Below are positions 37,363 to 47,740 of a stretch of 64,000 nucleotides of DNA, in pieces. The number at the start of each line of letters is the position of its first letter. Positions within the stretch are counted from its first letter, which is position 1. Origin of the DNA: an uncultured Actinomycetota bacterium (lineage in GTDB: Bacteria; Actinomycetota; Actinomycetes; Propionibacteriales; DAIQRJ01). The stretch lies in contig CAVRUZ010000005.1 in the NCBI GenBank assembly GCA_963724495.1, positions 94,193-158,192 on the forward strand, written 5' to 3'. A program made the position numbers and the translations under genes. Below the pieces are notes generated by a model that searched no databases, had not been told where the DNA came from, and worked only from the letters and a program-made list of their open reading frames with translations.

Positions 37363-37941
37363 TCAGCTCTCCTCGGCCGGTGGCGGCAGCGTCGGGTAGT
37401 CGGGCATGGGATAGAGGCCCACGGTGAAGCCATAGACAACGTCGCCGGATCGTGGGAGCTGGTCGAACTCGTGAATCGCCGCCTCGACGCTGGCCCAGAA
37501 CTCCGCCGCCCGCTCGTCGGGTATCCGGGCATGCCGGATGAACGAGCGCATCTGCCCGGCCTCGTAGGCAGGGCCGGACTCCTCGGCCGCGACCTCGAAG
37601 TCGTTGAAGTCCTCCGGGAGCGCCCGGTCGGCTCGCCGACCGAGACCGACGTAGAACATCCGCGCAGCGCGGCCGTAGTAGCGCTCGTCGATCGCGCGGA
37701 CGCGCTTGGTGCGGACGACCCGCAGGATGCCGGCGGCGGTGAGGACGTTCACGTGGTGCGCGACCGTGCTCTTGGGTCGCTTGACCGCACTGGCCAGCTC
37801 GGTCACGGTGGCCGCCCGCTCGTGCAGCAGGCCGAGGATCGTCGTACGCAGGGGATCACTGATCGCGCGCACCTGCTCGGCGGTCGTGAGCTCGATCTCG
37901 TCTTCGAGGTCGTAGTCGGGGACCGGGGCATTGCCTGACAT
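37363..37941 (-). CDS. ArsR-type winged-helix transcriptional regulator with C-terminal extension
   Basis: 'ISDPLRTTILGLLHERAATVTELASAVKRPKSTVAHHVNVLTAAGIL'. Divergent from the dienelactone hydrolase gene. Confidence 0.8.
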   Translation of the reverse strand: MSGNAPVPDYDLEDEIELTTAEQVRAISDPLRTTILGLLHERAATVTELASAVKRPKSTVAHHVNVLTAAGILRVVRTKRVRAIDERYYGRAARMFYVGLGRRADRALPEDFNDFEVAAEESGPAYEAGQMRSFIRHARIPDERAAEFWASVEAAIHEFDQLPRSGDVVYGFTVGLYPMPDYPTLPPPAEES

Positions 37942-38024
37942 GGTTCGATCAGACTAACATCACGGTTCGTTCGAAATTTTTGGATCATTGACCGTTTGCA
38001 GCCGACAACGAGAGCGAGATCACC

Positions 38025-38600
38025 ATGGCCGAGATCGTGCTGTTCCACCACGCGCAGGGGCTGACGGATGGGATGAAGGCCTTCGCCGCGGACCTGCGGG
38101 AGGCCGGCCACACCGTCCACCTGCCCGACCTCTACGAAGGACACACCTTCGAGACCTTGGACGAGGGAATCGACTACGCGCGCACGACCGGATTCGACAC
38201 GGTCACAGAGCGCGGCGTGGCCGCCGCGGCCGACCTCGGCGACGGGCTCGTCTACGCCGGGTTCTCTCTCGGCGTGATGCCGGCCCAGCAGCTGGCCCAG
38301 ACCCGTGCCGGGGCCAAGGGTGCGCTGTTCTACCACGCGTGCCTGCCGGTGTCGGAGTTCGGCGAGGCATGGCCGGCAGGGGTGCCGGTCCAGGTGCACG
38401 GGATGGACGGCGACCCGTTCTTCGCCGAGGAGGACCTCGAGGCCGCCAGGGCACTGGTCGCCTCCACCGACCAGGCGGAGCTGTTCGTCTACCCGGGCAA
38501 CGAGCACCTCTTCACCGACTCGTCGCTGCCCGCCTTCGACCAGGCCGCAGCCAGCGAGGTCAAGAGCCGAACGCTCGCATTCCTTGCGGGGATCAACTGA
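38025..38600 (+). CDS. Dienelactone hydrolase family protein
   Basis: 191 aa: 'EIVLFHHAQGLTDGMKAFAADLREAGHTVHLPDLYEG' ... 'GNEHLFTD'. An RBS-like GAGAGCGAGA lies upstream. Confidence 0.85.
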   Translation: MAEIVLFHHAQGLTDGMKAFAADLREAGHTVHLPDLYEGHTFETLDEGIDYARTTGFDTVTERGVAAAADLGDGLVYAGFSLGVMPAQQLAQTRAGAKGALFYHACLPVSEFGEAWPAGVPVQVHGMDGDPFFAEEDLEAARALVASTDQAELFVYPGNEHLFTDSSLPAFDQAAASEVKSRTLAFLAGIN

Positions 38601-39036
38601 CCGCCGGCGGCCGTCGGCTTCCGCGCAGAAGCCACCACAGGCCGACGAGCGGGAGCACCACCGGGATGAACAGGTAGCCCTTGCCGAAGTCCGACCACAC
38701 GGTCTGGTCAGGGAACGCTGCGGCGTCGAACACCGTCAGCGCACCGACCACGAGCACACCCACGAACTCGAAGGCACAGGCGGCCACCGCCAGTCGGCGG
38801 AGTCCGAGGATCAGGCCGATGGTCGCGACGACGTAGACCACCGCCGAAACGGCCGACAGGGTGTAGGCCAGCGGCGCCTCGTCGAACACGGTGGCGATCT
38901 GCACGACCGAGCGCGACACGGTGCCGACGGCGAAAACCGCGTACAGGAACACGAGCAAGCGGCCGAGACCCGACCGGATCGACGGGTCGAACCGGGGCTT
39001 CGTCGGGGCTGCCGTGCCGGGCTCAGCCGTGTTCAC
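38593..39036 (-). CDS. Hypothetical integral membrane protein (4 TM)
   Basis: 147 aa with four hydrophobic spans and good GC3 bias. Its 3' end overlaps the convergent DLH gene by 8 nt. Confidence 0.6.
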   Translation of the reverse strand: MNTAEPGTAAPTKPRFDPSIRSGLGRLLVFLYAVFAVGTVSRSVVQIATVFDEAPLAYTLSAVSAVVYVVATIGLILGLRRLAVAACAFEFVGVLVVGALTVFDAAAFPDQTVWSDFGKGYLFIPVVLPLVGLWWLLRGSRRPPAVS

Positions 39037-39049
39037 AGCGTCCCTCGGT

Positions 39050-39424
39050 TCATAGCGACAGCCACAACGAGTCGATCCGCAGCATCAAGACCATCAGCAC
39101 GAGCAGGGCGGCGAGTACGACCGCCGTCGCCGACCGGGTCTTCTCGCCAGCGGACCAGAACAGCGCGGCCGGCAGAACGCACGGAACGAGCAACAGGTAC
39201 AGGGCGAGCGTGACCGGCTCATCGACAGCGCCGGCGAAGACGCCAATGAGCCCGCGCACCAGCAAGACCAGCGCCGCCACCTCGATGACCATCGACGCCC
39301 AGACCGCCGGATTGTCGACGGGCCGCTTCCGGATCACGAGCACCACGACGTAGAGCGCCAGCAAGGCCGACGCGATGGTGATGCCGAACGTGAGAAGGCC
39401 GACCACGATCGTCGATCCTTGCAC
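39050..39424 (-). CDS. Hypothetical integral membrane protein (4 TM)
   Basis: 124 aa with four hydrophobic spans. It lies 13 nt upstream of the previous membrane-protein gene on the same strand. Confidence 0.6.
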   Translation of the reverse strand: MQGSTIVVGLLTFGITIASALLALYVVVLVIRKRPVDNPAVWASMVIEVAALVLLVRGLIGVFAGAVDEPVTLALYLLLVPCVLPAALFWSAGEKTRSATAVVLAALLVLMVLMLRIDSLWLSL

Positions 39425-39505
39425 GCGGTGCGCCGGCGGCCAGGAGCCCGACCAGCGCGCGGTACGGCATGATCGGCCGGGATCGTCGCCCGCAGAGGAG
39501 TTCCC

Positions 39506-40099
39506 ATGGCCGCCGTCTCCGCACCGGCATCGCCCACCCCCCGCTTCCTGTTCCAGCCGCTCACCCGAACCCGCACAGCAGATGTCCTGTTGGTCGCCGG
39601 CGGAGCCGTGCTGACCGCGCTCTGCGCCCAGATCGCGATCCCCGTTCCCGGCAGTCCGGTCCCGATCACCGGGCAGACCTTCGCGGTCTGCCTGGTATCC
39701 GCTGCGCTCGGGCTGCGCCGCGGCGTGGCGAGCATCAGCCTGTACCTGGTGCTCGGGCTCATCGGCCTGCCGGTGTACTCAGATGCCAGCTCGGGCATGC
39801 ACGTGGTGCTCGGAGCCACGGGCGGCTACCTGGTCGGGTTCGTCTTGGCGGCGGCGGTCATGGGTTGGGCCGCGGAGCGCGGCTGGGACCGAACCCCGCT
39901 GAAAGCGCTGCCGGTGTTCCTTCTCGGGCAGCTGGTGATCTTCGGCCTCGGCGTGCCCTGGCTCGCTGTTGTGGCACACCTCGATGCGTCGGCAGCCGTG
40001 GCTGCCGGGTTCACGCCGTTCCTGGTGGGTGGTCTGGTGAAGGGTGCCCTCGCCTCCGCTCTGCTGCCGCTGGCCTGGCGGATCTCGCGTCACAACTAG
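39506..40099 (+). CDS. bioY: Biotin transporter BioY
   Basis: 'PVPITGQTFAVCL', 'GATGGYLVGF', 'GQLVIFGLGVPWL'. AGAGGAG RBS. Confidence 0.85.
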   Translation: MAAVSAPASPTPRFLFQPLTRTRTADVLLVAGGAVLTALCAQIAIPVPGSPVPITGQTFAVCLVSAALGLRRGVASISLYLVLGLIGLPVYSDASSGMHVVLGATGGYLVGFVLAAAVMGWAAERGWDRTPLKALPVFLLGQLVIFGLGVPWLAVVAHLDASAAVAAGFTPFLVGGLVKGALASALLPLAWRISRHN

Positions 40100-40119
40100 C
40101 TCACCCGATCGCTGAGACG

Positions 40120-40974
40120 TCAGCCGGGGAGGTCCGCTCGCGTCGGCATGCCAGCGGCCGCTCCCGGTCTGCGCACCGACTGAGCCGCCGCGGCCGTGGC
40201 GAAGTCGAGCGCAGCCGGCATCGGCCTTCCGTCGGCGAGGGCGACCGCCAGCGCACCGGCGAAGCAGTCGCCGGCCCCCGTCGTGTCGACGACGTCGACC
40301 TCCGGTGCCGGCAGGTGGCGGATCGTGCCGTCGGGACTGCGCCAGTGGCAGCCGTCGGCACCGGCAGTGACGACGACGTCTCCGATGGCGTCGGTCGTGT
40401 CGCTACCCAGGGCCTGCGCCTCGGAGGTGTTCAGCACCAACAGGTCGGTGACCCGAATGAGCTCGTCGGGGAGGGGTTGCACCGGCGAGGGCGTGAGCAC
40501 AGTGCGGGCCCCGGCCGAGTGCGCAGCGGTGAAGGCGGCGATCACCCGAGCGAGGGGGATCTCCAACACTGCCAAGACGATCGCTGCCGCATCGATCGCC
40601 GAACGCTCGTCGTCGTCGATCGACGTGAGCGAGCCGTTGGCGCCAGGGATCACCACGATCGTGTTGTCCCCGGCAGCATCCACGGTGATGTGGGCGGTCC
40701 CCGTCGGCTCGCCGACCACGCGAACACCGGTCACGGCGACTCCGGCGTCGGACAGCGTGCCGCGGATCTGCCGGCCGGCGTCGTCGTCACCCACCGCGCA
40801 GAGCAGGCCGACCTGCCCGTCGAGCCGGGCGGCGGCCACGGCCTGGTTCAGGCCCTTCCCGCCGACGCCGGTGCCGAACGATGTGCCCGTGACGGTCTCT
40901 CCGACACCGGGGAACCGGTCCGCCCGCACGACCAGGTCGAGATTGGCACTGCCCACGACCACGATGCTGCTCAC
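40120..40974 (-). CDS. rbsK: Ribokinase (PfkB family)
   Basis: 'IVVVGSANLDLV', 'GGKGLNQAVAAARL', 'DTTGAGDCFAGAL'. Start taken at GTG 40974. Confidence 0.85.
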   Translation of the reverse strand: MSSIVVVGSANLDLVVRADRFPGVGETVTGTSFGTGVGGKGLNQAVAAARLDGQVGLLCAVGDDDAGRQIRGTLSDAGVAVTGVRVVGEPTGTAHITVDAAGDNTIVVIPGANGSLTSIDDDERSAIDAAAIVLAVLEIPLARVIAAFTAAHSAGARTVLTPSPVQPLPDELIRVTDLLVLNTSEAQALGSDTTDAIGDVVVTAGADGCHWRSPDGTIRHLPAPEVDVVDTTGAGDCFAGALAVALADGRPMPAALDFATAAAAQSVRRPGAAAGMPTRADLPG

Positions 40975-41008
40975 GCGGAACGCCTTCCAGCCGGAGTGGG
41001 CGCAGGCT

Positions 41009-41938
41009 CTAGACGAGCGCCCGGATGATGCGCGCACACCGCGGCGGGTCCTCGGTGAGCCCGTGCGCGAGCCCCCACCGTAGGTAGTCCAGCGACCGGG
41101 CCACCGCCCAGGCCCTGGCGCGGTCGGGATCCAGCTCTCCGGCCATGACCACAGCCGCCAGCAGGTCGGCGAAGCCGGTCCCGTCGCCGACCTCGTCGGC
41201 CCGGGTCCACAGCAGTTCGGCCACCGCGATCTCCGGCGACCCGCGTCTGGCCCGTGGATCGATGGCCAACCAGGGCTCGCGGTTGCCGGCCAGGACGTTG
41301 TCGTAGTGGAGGTCCGCGTGCACCACCAGGTCGCCGGCAGGTCCGGGGTCGTCGTCAGCGAGCTGCTGGGCGAGTCTCCGCACCTGGTCGCTCTGCCGGG
41401 GCTCGATCAGCTCCGACTCCCCCTCGACCGGATTTGCCGCGGCGATGGCGCCGGCAATCTCGAGAGTGCGCACCAGCGGCAGGTCTGCCGGCGCAGGGAC
41501 CGCCAGTCGCCGCAACAGCGCCCCCGCGAACTCCCCGGCCGCAGGCATCGCAACGCCGGCAAGGGACTCCGACGGGTCGAGTCGCTCCAGCAGCAGGGCA
41601 CCTTCGGCTGCCGACGCGTCGACCAGCCGCACCGCACCGGCGCCGTCCCACAGGCGCAGCAGCGCCTCCTCGAGGACGACTTCGGCCGGATCGATCGACA
41701 GCTTCAGCACCAGCGACTCGCTCGCCCTGGACACGCCGATGACCAGGGCGTTCGCGCCCGACCGCGGCCTGAACGACGGGTCGGGAGCCAGGTCCCAGCG
41801 GCGCAGCAGCGAGTCGGCCAGGTCCGGCAGGGCATCCAGGAACGGGCCCGCCTGGTCGTTCTGCCAGAGCAGCCACCGGGTCAGCGCGGCCGGAACGGGC
41901 ATGCCGCCGACCACGACGCTCCGCTCCCCGCTGTTCAT
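41009..41938 (-). CDS. Aminoglycoside/hydroxyurea-type antibiotic kinase family (APH(6)-like) protein
   Basis: 'LVLKLS', 'ALLLERLDP', catalytic 'VVHADLHYDNVL', and 'AIDPRARRGSPEIAVAELL'. Confidence 0.8.
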   Translation of the reverse strand: MNSGERSVVVGGMPVPAALTRWLLWQNDQAGPFLDALPDLADSLLRRWDLAPDPSFRPRSGANALVIGVSRASESLVLKLSIDPAEVVLEEALLRLWDGAGAVRLVDASAAEGALLLERLDPSESLAGVAMPAAGEFAGALLRRLAVPAPADLPLVRTLEIAGAIAAANPVEGESELIEPRQSDQVRRLAQQLADDDPGPAGDLVVHADLHYDNVLAGNREPWLAIDPRARRGSPEIAVAELLWTRADEVGDGTGFADLLAAVVMAGELDPDRARAWAVARSLDYLRWGLAHGLTEDPPRCARIIRALV

Positions 41939-42054
41939 GCGCGCAGTCTGCCCGCGGCAAGGCCGAGAGCAGCGTCGGAGGGGATGTCGGCGCCAGTGCG
42001 GCGGACCGGCATGATGGCAGCCGCCGCTGAAGTTGACCGACCAACGGAGGAAGC

Positions 42055-43230
42055 ATGACCGACGTCGAGGTCCACGGGTTCGCCGAACCCGGGTACGGAA
42101 AGGTCGCAGACGCGTTCGCGGCCAACTTCGACGCGGGCGAGGTCGGGGCGGCCGTCGCCGTCGAGGTTGGCGGCGCCCGCGTGGTCGACCTGTGGGCAGG
42201 CGACGCCGATCCGGACGGCACGGATGCAGCCGAGGGCGGTGGGCGTTGGCGCGCGGACACGCTCGCGGTGATGTTCTCCTGTGGCAAGGGCGTCACCACC
42301 TTGTGCCTCTACCTGCTCGTCCAGGACGGTCTGCTCGACCTCGACCAGCCGATGGCGGCGTACTGGCCCGAGTTCGCCGCAGAAGGCAAGGACCGGCTCA
42401 CGGTCCGGCAGGCGCTCGCGCACCGCGCGGGGCTGCCTGTCCTCGACGGCCCGACCACGCGGGCAGACGTTCTCGACTGGGACCTGATGACCAGCCGGCT
42501 GGCAGCTCAGAAGCCGATGTGGGAACCGAACAGCGGCTACCTCTACCACGCGGTGACGTTCGGCTGGCTGGCCGGCGAGATCATCCGCCGCATCAGCGGT
42601 CAGCTGCCTGGTGACTTCCTTGCCAGCCGACTGACCGGGCCCCTGGGGCTCGAACTCTGGATCGGACTACCTGCCTCAGAACACGGCCGGGTAGCCAGGA
42701 TCCTGCCGCCCACGCTGTCACCGGAGCAGCTGGCGGCACCCGTACCCGCCCGCACCGAGGCCGACGAGATCCTCGAGCGCGCGGTGAGCCTCAACGGGGG
42801 CCTGGCCACTTCGGGCGAGGACGTCTTCGAGGTGTTCACCCAGCCCGAGATCCTGTCGGCCCAGTTCCCCGGAGCCAATGGGGTGGCCACCGCTCGTAGC
42901 CTCGCGCGGCTGTACTCGTGCGCGGTGGCCGGTGCCGACCGGTTCCTCACCCGGGAGAGCGTCACCGACGCGACCCGGTCGGTCAGCAGCGGACCCTCGG
43001 TGTTCGACCCGGAGGACCTCTCCGACTTCGGCACCGGGTTCGGGATCGCCCGTCCCGACCAGCCGATGCTCGGGCCACGGAGCTTCGGGCATGGCGGCGC
43101 GGGCGGCAAGGAAGCCTTCGGCGACGACGACGCGGAAGTGGGCTTCGCCTATCTCAACAACTGGTTCGGCACCGATCCCGACACTCGGGCCGCCTCACTG
43201 GTCAACGCCCTTCGCACCAGCCTCGGCTGA
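42055..43230 (+). CDS. Beta-lactamase-related serine hydrolase (class C / esterase EstB-like)
   Basis: SxxK nucleophile motif 'FSCGKGVT', 'YHAVTFGWL', and the distal 'FGHGGAGG' (KTG-equivalent). Confidence 0.85.
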   Translation: MTDVEVHGFAEPGYGKVADAFAANFDAGEVGAAVAVEVGGARVVDLWAGDADPDGTDAAEGGGRWRADTLAVMFSCGKGVTTLCLYLLVQDGLLDLDQPMAAYWPEFAAEGKDRLTVRQALAHRAGLPVLDGPTTRADVLDWDLMTSRLAAQKPMWEPNSGYLYHAVTFGWLAGEIIRRISGQLPGDFLASRLTGPLGLELWIGLPASEHGRVARILPPTLSPEQLAAPVPARTEADEILERAVSLNGGLATSGEDVFEVFTQPEILSAQFPGANGVATARSLARLYSCAVAGADRFLTRESVTDATRSVSSGPSVFDPEDLSDFGTGFGIARPDQPMLGPRSFGHGGAGGKEAFGDDDAEVGFAYLNNWFGTDPDTRAASLVNALRTSLG

Positions 43231-43248
43231 CCGGGCGGTCCTGTCACA

Positions 43249-44181
43249 GTGCTGGGGGTGCTCCAGGGCTTCGCCACGATCACCGCGGTGATCATCGTCG
43301 GTTACCTGCTCGCCCGCTTGCGCATTCTCGGCCCGGAGACCCGCAATCTCCTTGCCACGCTGGTGTTCTTCGTGGCCACGCCATGCCTGTTGTTCGTGAC
43401 CCTGCAGGAGGCCGACCCGCGCCGGCTGCTCTCCAGTTCGCTAGTCATCGCGGCCTCGAGCGTTGTTGCCTCGGTGCTGGCCTACGCACTGGTGGCCAGG
43501 CTGGCGTGGCATCGGAGCGGCTCGCACACGGTGATCGGCGCGATCTGCGCCAGCTACGTCAACGCGGGCAACCTGGGGATTCCGTTGCTGCTGTTCGTCC
43601 TTGGCGACAGCGGTGCGGTGGCTTCGGTGATGCTGTTGCAGCTGGTCGTGATGGCGCCGCTCACCTTCGCGCTGCTGGACACCGCGGCCACGAAGCACCG
43701 GCCGTCGGCATGGCAGCTCGTGCAGATCCCGCTGAAGAACCCGGTGACGCTCGGGTCCCTTCTGGGCCTGGCCGTGGCGATCGTCGGCTGGCAGGTGCCC
43801 GCGCTCGTCATGGCGCCGGTGACGCTCGTCGGCAACATGGCCGTGCCGGCCGCGTTGATCGCCTACGGCGTGTCCCTGCACAACTCGCCGCGGATCGGGG
43901 CCGGTGGCGCCACGCCGGAACTCACCTGGGTGGCCTTCTGCAAGGCCGTCGTCCAGCCCTGCGCCGCCTGGGCCGTCGCCCACTTCGGCTTCGGGCTGCA
44001 GGGCACCGAGCTACTGGCGGCGACCATGGTCGCCGCCCTGCCGACCGCACAGAACGTGTTCGTCTACGCCATCCGCTACGACCGCGCCGTTGCGCTCGCA
44101 CGCGATTCGGTCTTCATCACCACGCTGTTGTCGATCCCCGCCATCTTCGTGATCACGCTGTTGCTTGGCGCTGGTGTGTGA
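43249..44181 (+). CDS. AEC (auxin efflux carrier) family transporter
   Basis: 310 aa with about 10 TM segments and the typical duplicated architecture. Confidence 0.85.
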   Translation: MLGVLQGFATITAVIIVGYLLARLRILGPETRNLLATLVFFVATPCLLFVTLQEADPRRLLSSSLVIAASSVVASVLAYALVARLAWHRSGSHTVIGAICASYVNAGNLGIPLLLFVLGDSGAVASVMLLQLVVMAPLTFALLDTAATKHRPSAWQLVQIPLKNPVTLGSLLGLAVAIVGWQVPALVMAPVTLVGNMAVPAALIAYGVSLHNSPRIGAGGATPELTWVAFCKAVVQPCAAWAVAHFGFGLQGTELLAATMVAALPTAQNVFVYAIRYDRAVALARDSVFITTLLSIPAIFVITLLLGAGV

Positions 44182-44226
44182 GCACAGTGAGTCAGGCCAC
44201 GTGCCCGATCGCTGACATGGACCTTG

Positions 44227-45510
44227 TCAGTGCTGTGCCACACGCAGCACGCCGTCGTCCCCGTCGAAAGCGTGCGGAACCGTGACCCGGCGGCCGGCCT
44301 GGACTCCGTCGGCGTGATGCCACTTACCCGTGCGTGGGTCGAACCAGCGGACCTCCATCTGGCCGGACCACTGCGACAGGTCGAGATGAACCGCACGGCC
44401 GCCCGGCGCGTACACGAGGGCTCCGTCGTCGGTGCGCATCGCCCGCTGATGGGACGCGGCGACCCCGGCCCCGAAGGCGATGAGCGACTGGTCGGGAACG
44501 AACTGGAACAGACCGACGTCGGTGGCCAGCGTGGCGAGGTGCCCGATCTGCTGGGCTCCGGGAAGGTCGATCGCCTGTCGCCACGGCAGATTCGCCTCGT
44601 TGATGGGCTCTGACATAGGACCAGTGCGCGTCGGGTCGAACATCTGCCAGACGTCGTGGCAGCCGTAGACATGGCCGGCCGCGCCGGCCAGTACGGCGTG
44701 GTAGGCCGACCTGCGCACGTCACGCTCGTCGAAGCGCTGTTCCATCGGCTTCCACTTCGGCGTCATCACCGGGTGGTGCTCGTAGTTGGGTTCGCCGTCC
44801 ATCGTCGGCCGGTGCGGCTCGCGCCGGTAGTCCTGCTCCACGTACTGGTAGTTGGGATTGGCCCAGCCACTGTGCCCGGACTGGCACATGTCGAAGGCGA
44901 TGAAGTCCGCGTCTGCGTGCGTGTCCGACGACGACCTCGCCCCTGCCGGATGGAAGGTCATGATCTGCTCAGCACCTGCCGCACGAATTCCCTGTGCCAG
45001 CAGGCTGATCGTCTCGAAGTGATCCGGAGTCGTAGGCACCCGGTCGCCACCCAGAACCCACAGCACGTCGGCGTCGCGGTAGCGCGACCCGAGGAACTCG
45101 CCGTAGGCATGGGCATTGCCCGGGTTGAGCAACGGCGGCCCATCGGCGAACGGCGCGTGCCACCAACGTCCCCAGGTGGGGAGCAGGCCGACCGTGAGAT
45201 CTGCCGACTCCGCCAGGGCCACCACTCGGTCGACGTGTTGCCAGTAGGGCTCGCCTGGCGCGCCCGGATCCATCGTGGGGAAGGGCACCAAGCCGTCGGG
45301 GGTTGGCTCGGTGACCCCGTCGAACTCCGCGACCGCGACCACGAGGACGGTGTTGAACCCCTGCTCCGACCGGCGCTCGAGGAAGACCTTGGCCTCCTCT
45401 TCCCGCAGGCGGTGGATCAACTCCCAGGCAGTGTCTGCCAGCAGCAGCGACAGTTCACCGTCTCGCCGCAGAAAGCGCCCGCCTGGGTCGACCGACCAGC
45501 GTCCTGCCAC
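44227..45510 (-). CDS. DUF4038 / glycoside hydrolase family 140-like protein
   Basis: 'LLLADTAWELIHR', 'GFNTVLVV', 'LLPTWGRWW', 'QSGHSGW'. No signal peptide. Confidence 0.8.
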   Translation of the reverse strand: MAGRWSVDPGGRFLRRDGELSLLLADTAWELIHRLREEEAKVFLERRSEQGFNTVLVVAVAEFDGVTEPTPDGLVPFPTMDPGAPGEPYWQHVDRVVALAESADLTVGLLPTWGRWWHAPFADGPPLLNPGNAHAYGEFLGSRYRDADVLWVLGGDRVPTTPDHFETISLLAQGIRAAGAEQIMTFHPAGARSSSDTHADADFIAFDMCQSGHSGWANPNYQYVEQDYRREPHRPTMDGEPNYEHHPVMTPKWKPMEQRFDERDVRRSAYHAVLAGAAGHVYGCHDVWQMFDPTRTGPMSEPINEANLPWRQAIDLPGAQQIGHLATLATDVGLFQFVPDQSLIAFGAGVAASHQRAMRTDDGALVYAPGGRAVHLDLSQWSGQMEVRWFDPRTGKWHHADGVQAGRRVTVPHAFDGDDGVLRVAQH

Positions 45511-45528
45511 GACCGCACCTCCTTCAGG

Positions 45529-46616
45529 TCAGATGACTTCGAGGCCGTCGGGGCCAGGGACTTCCGGGAACGACGCGTGCGGCTCGGTCTGGTACCACCA
45601 GGCAGTCGAGGCCACGTCGTCCTGGAGCGGGAGCAACCGCTGCTCGTTCCGCCAGCCGAGTGCCTGCACGGTCACGCGCAGGTCGGACTCGAACCGGATC
45701 GGGTCGGGGAGGTGGAAGCGGTAGAGCCCGAACCGCTGCTGGCTGTCCATGAAGCCATCGCCCTTGATGACCTGCGGCATGCCGAGGTAGGGCGTGGTGA
45801 ACGTCCCATAGCGTTCCTTGTGGGTAGACGAAACCCCAGGCGCCGCCGAAGTAGTCCTCGGTTCCCGTCCCGCAGATCGTGGGGTACTCCGCGTCGCCGT
45901 CGAGGTAGAACTTCAGTTCGCCCTCGCCCCACCAGCCGCTGTTGTTGCTGCCCCAGGCCAGGTACGTGCCCACGTACTGACCCTGACCGTGGACCCCGTC
46001 GAGGATCGTGTGCACCTCGCCGTAGGGCACCGGGTTGCTGCGACGCCACTGGCAGTGCAGGTAGGCGTAGTCGTCAGGAACCTCGGTCAGCGCGTAGTCC
46101 ACCTGGTAGAAGAAGCCGCCGACTGACGAGGCGCCGACGTTCTCGACCGTGATCTTGGCGCGCCCGCGAAACGGCATTTCCCAATAACTGTTGAAGCCGC
46201 CCTTCGGGATTCACCGACACCGGGATCGCGCTGATCTGGGCGTGCTGGTTCCAGCCCAGGCAGAAGAAGTCACCGAGCGGTACCTCGATCGAGGGCGACT
46301 CTTCGTCGTCCCAGTACACCCGCAGCAACAGGGACCGCCACCGCCGCGAGTCGACCGTGATCCAGATGTGGTTGATCGATCCCGGCCCGGTGATGTCCGC
46401 GAGCAACGCGGTCTCGCCGGCTTCGATGTCGATGCAGGGCGAGATCTTCCAGCCGACACCGAGATCCCTGGCCGCCTTCGCCATCGTGCCCTCGACCGCT
46501 CGGGCGCCGCCGCCCTTCTCGCCGTGCGGGTTCTCGGCGCTGATCGACCGGCTTCGTGCCGTCGATAGCCGCGGCAGGGTTCCCCGCTCGACGCCGAGCC
46601 CGTTCCAGTTGGTCAC
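45529..46616 (-). pseudogene. DUF2961 / glycoside hydrolase family 172-like gene split over three frames (two +1 breaks, or assembly indels)
   Basis: Three consecutive ORF pieces (46616-~46200, ~46200-~45823, ~45823-45529) read as one protein when one base is removed at each junction: '...PVSVNPEG|GFNSYWEMPFRGRAKI...' and '...GAWGFVY|HKERYGTFTTPYLGMPQVIKG...'. Confidence 0.8.
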
Positions 46617-46808
46617 GACCGCTCTCCTCGTCCTCGGGGTGCCGCCCAGGGGTCCCGCCGTCGGCCGGAACGACAGCTCTCTTGCCCGGAACGACCGAAC
46701 TCAACTCCTGGAAAGAAGATGCCGGAGTCGTGGGTGGCCCACAACTCCGGCAGCCTGATCTGGTCACGCGTCGGTCGGTGTTTCTGCTCGGCCGGCGTTT
46801 GCGACCCC

Positions 46809-46829
46809 GCTCCGCTCGAAGAGCGGAGC
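46809..46829 (-). terminator. Hairpin immediately downstream of the PadR gene
   Basis: GCTCCGCTC-GAA-GAGCGGAGC (perfect 9-bp stem, 3-nt loop), 6 nt past the stop at 46835. Confidence 0.55.
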
Positions 46830-46834
46830 CTGGC

Positions 46835-47711
46835 TCACCTTTGATCGGTCGGCGAGGGGTTCTCTTCGGTGGGTGGCTGACCGCGATCGTCGCCATGGAC
46901 GTCGTCGTCGGCGAGGATCCGGTACAGCGCCTTGCGGGTGTCGGCGAGGATCTTGGTCGCCCGGCCCACCTGGTCGGCGGAACCGACCCGCAGCACCTGG
47001 TGGACCGCGCCCATCAGGGCGCCGATCTCTCCCTTGACGTCGAAAGCCTCTTCCTTGACGCTGCCGGCCACCTCGTCCCACGGTGTGCCGAGCTGGTCGC
47101 GGTGCTCCTCGATGTAGGCCAGGCCCTCCTCGGTGAGAGACGCCACGTTCCGGCCCTCGTCCGTGGTGACCTTGATCAGTCCCTCGTCGGCAAGCTGAGA
47201 CAGGGTCGGGTAGATCGAACCTGGGCTCGGGCGCCAGACGCCACTGCTGCGTTCGGCCATCTGCTGGATCAGCTGGTAGCCGTGCATCGGCTCCTCGGTG
47301 AGCAGGAGCAGGATGGCCGCGCGAACGTCGCCGCGTGCCCCCCGACGTCCCTGTCGGCCTCGCCGACGTGGTCCGCGTCCGCCGCGGTCACCGCGCTCGC
47401 CGAAGTGTCCGGGGCCGAAGCCACCAGGACCATCCGGGACCGAACCCTGCGCCTGGACCGGCCGGACCGAAGTCCGCGCCTGGACCGGCAGGTCCGAATC
47501 CGCCACGTCGGCCGCGGCCGGAGCCGCGTCGCGGACCGTGACGTTCGGAGTTCCCGCCGTCGGCGGGAGCGCTCCCGGCGTCCATCGTGGCGTCGAAGAA
47601 GCGCGGACCTGGTTGACCCGGTCCCGCGTTGCCCCTGCGTCCTCGCCGGCCGGGCCGGTGAGGGCGACGACCCGGAGCGAGGTCGTCGTCGAAGTTGTAT
47701 GCGAATGCCAT
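46835..47711 (-). CDS. PadR family transcriptional regulator with Gly/Pro/Arg-rich N-terminal region; frame broken in the N-terminal region
   Basis: The winged helix 'AAILLLLTEEPMHGYQLIQQM...GSIYPTLSQLADEGLI' lies in ORF 46835-47506. The only strong start is ATG 47711 (AAGGAGG RBS), in a frame that is -1 relative to it. That frame encodes 'GFGPAGPGADFGPAGPGAGFGPG', which continues as 'GPGGFGPGHFGERG' in the PadR frame. Confidence 0.75.
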
Positions 47712-47740
47712 GTGAACCTCCTTGGGCTTACTCGTACATG

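Noticed and set aside
37959-37996. Direct repeat ATCAnnGnnCGTT (x2, 25-bp period) in the ArsR / dienelactone-hydrolase divergent spacer as an operator
   Set aside because: Only 9 of 13 positions match and no dyad symmetry typical of ArsR sites is evident. I note it but it is too weak to annotate.
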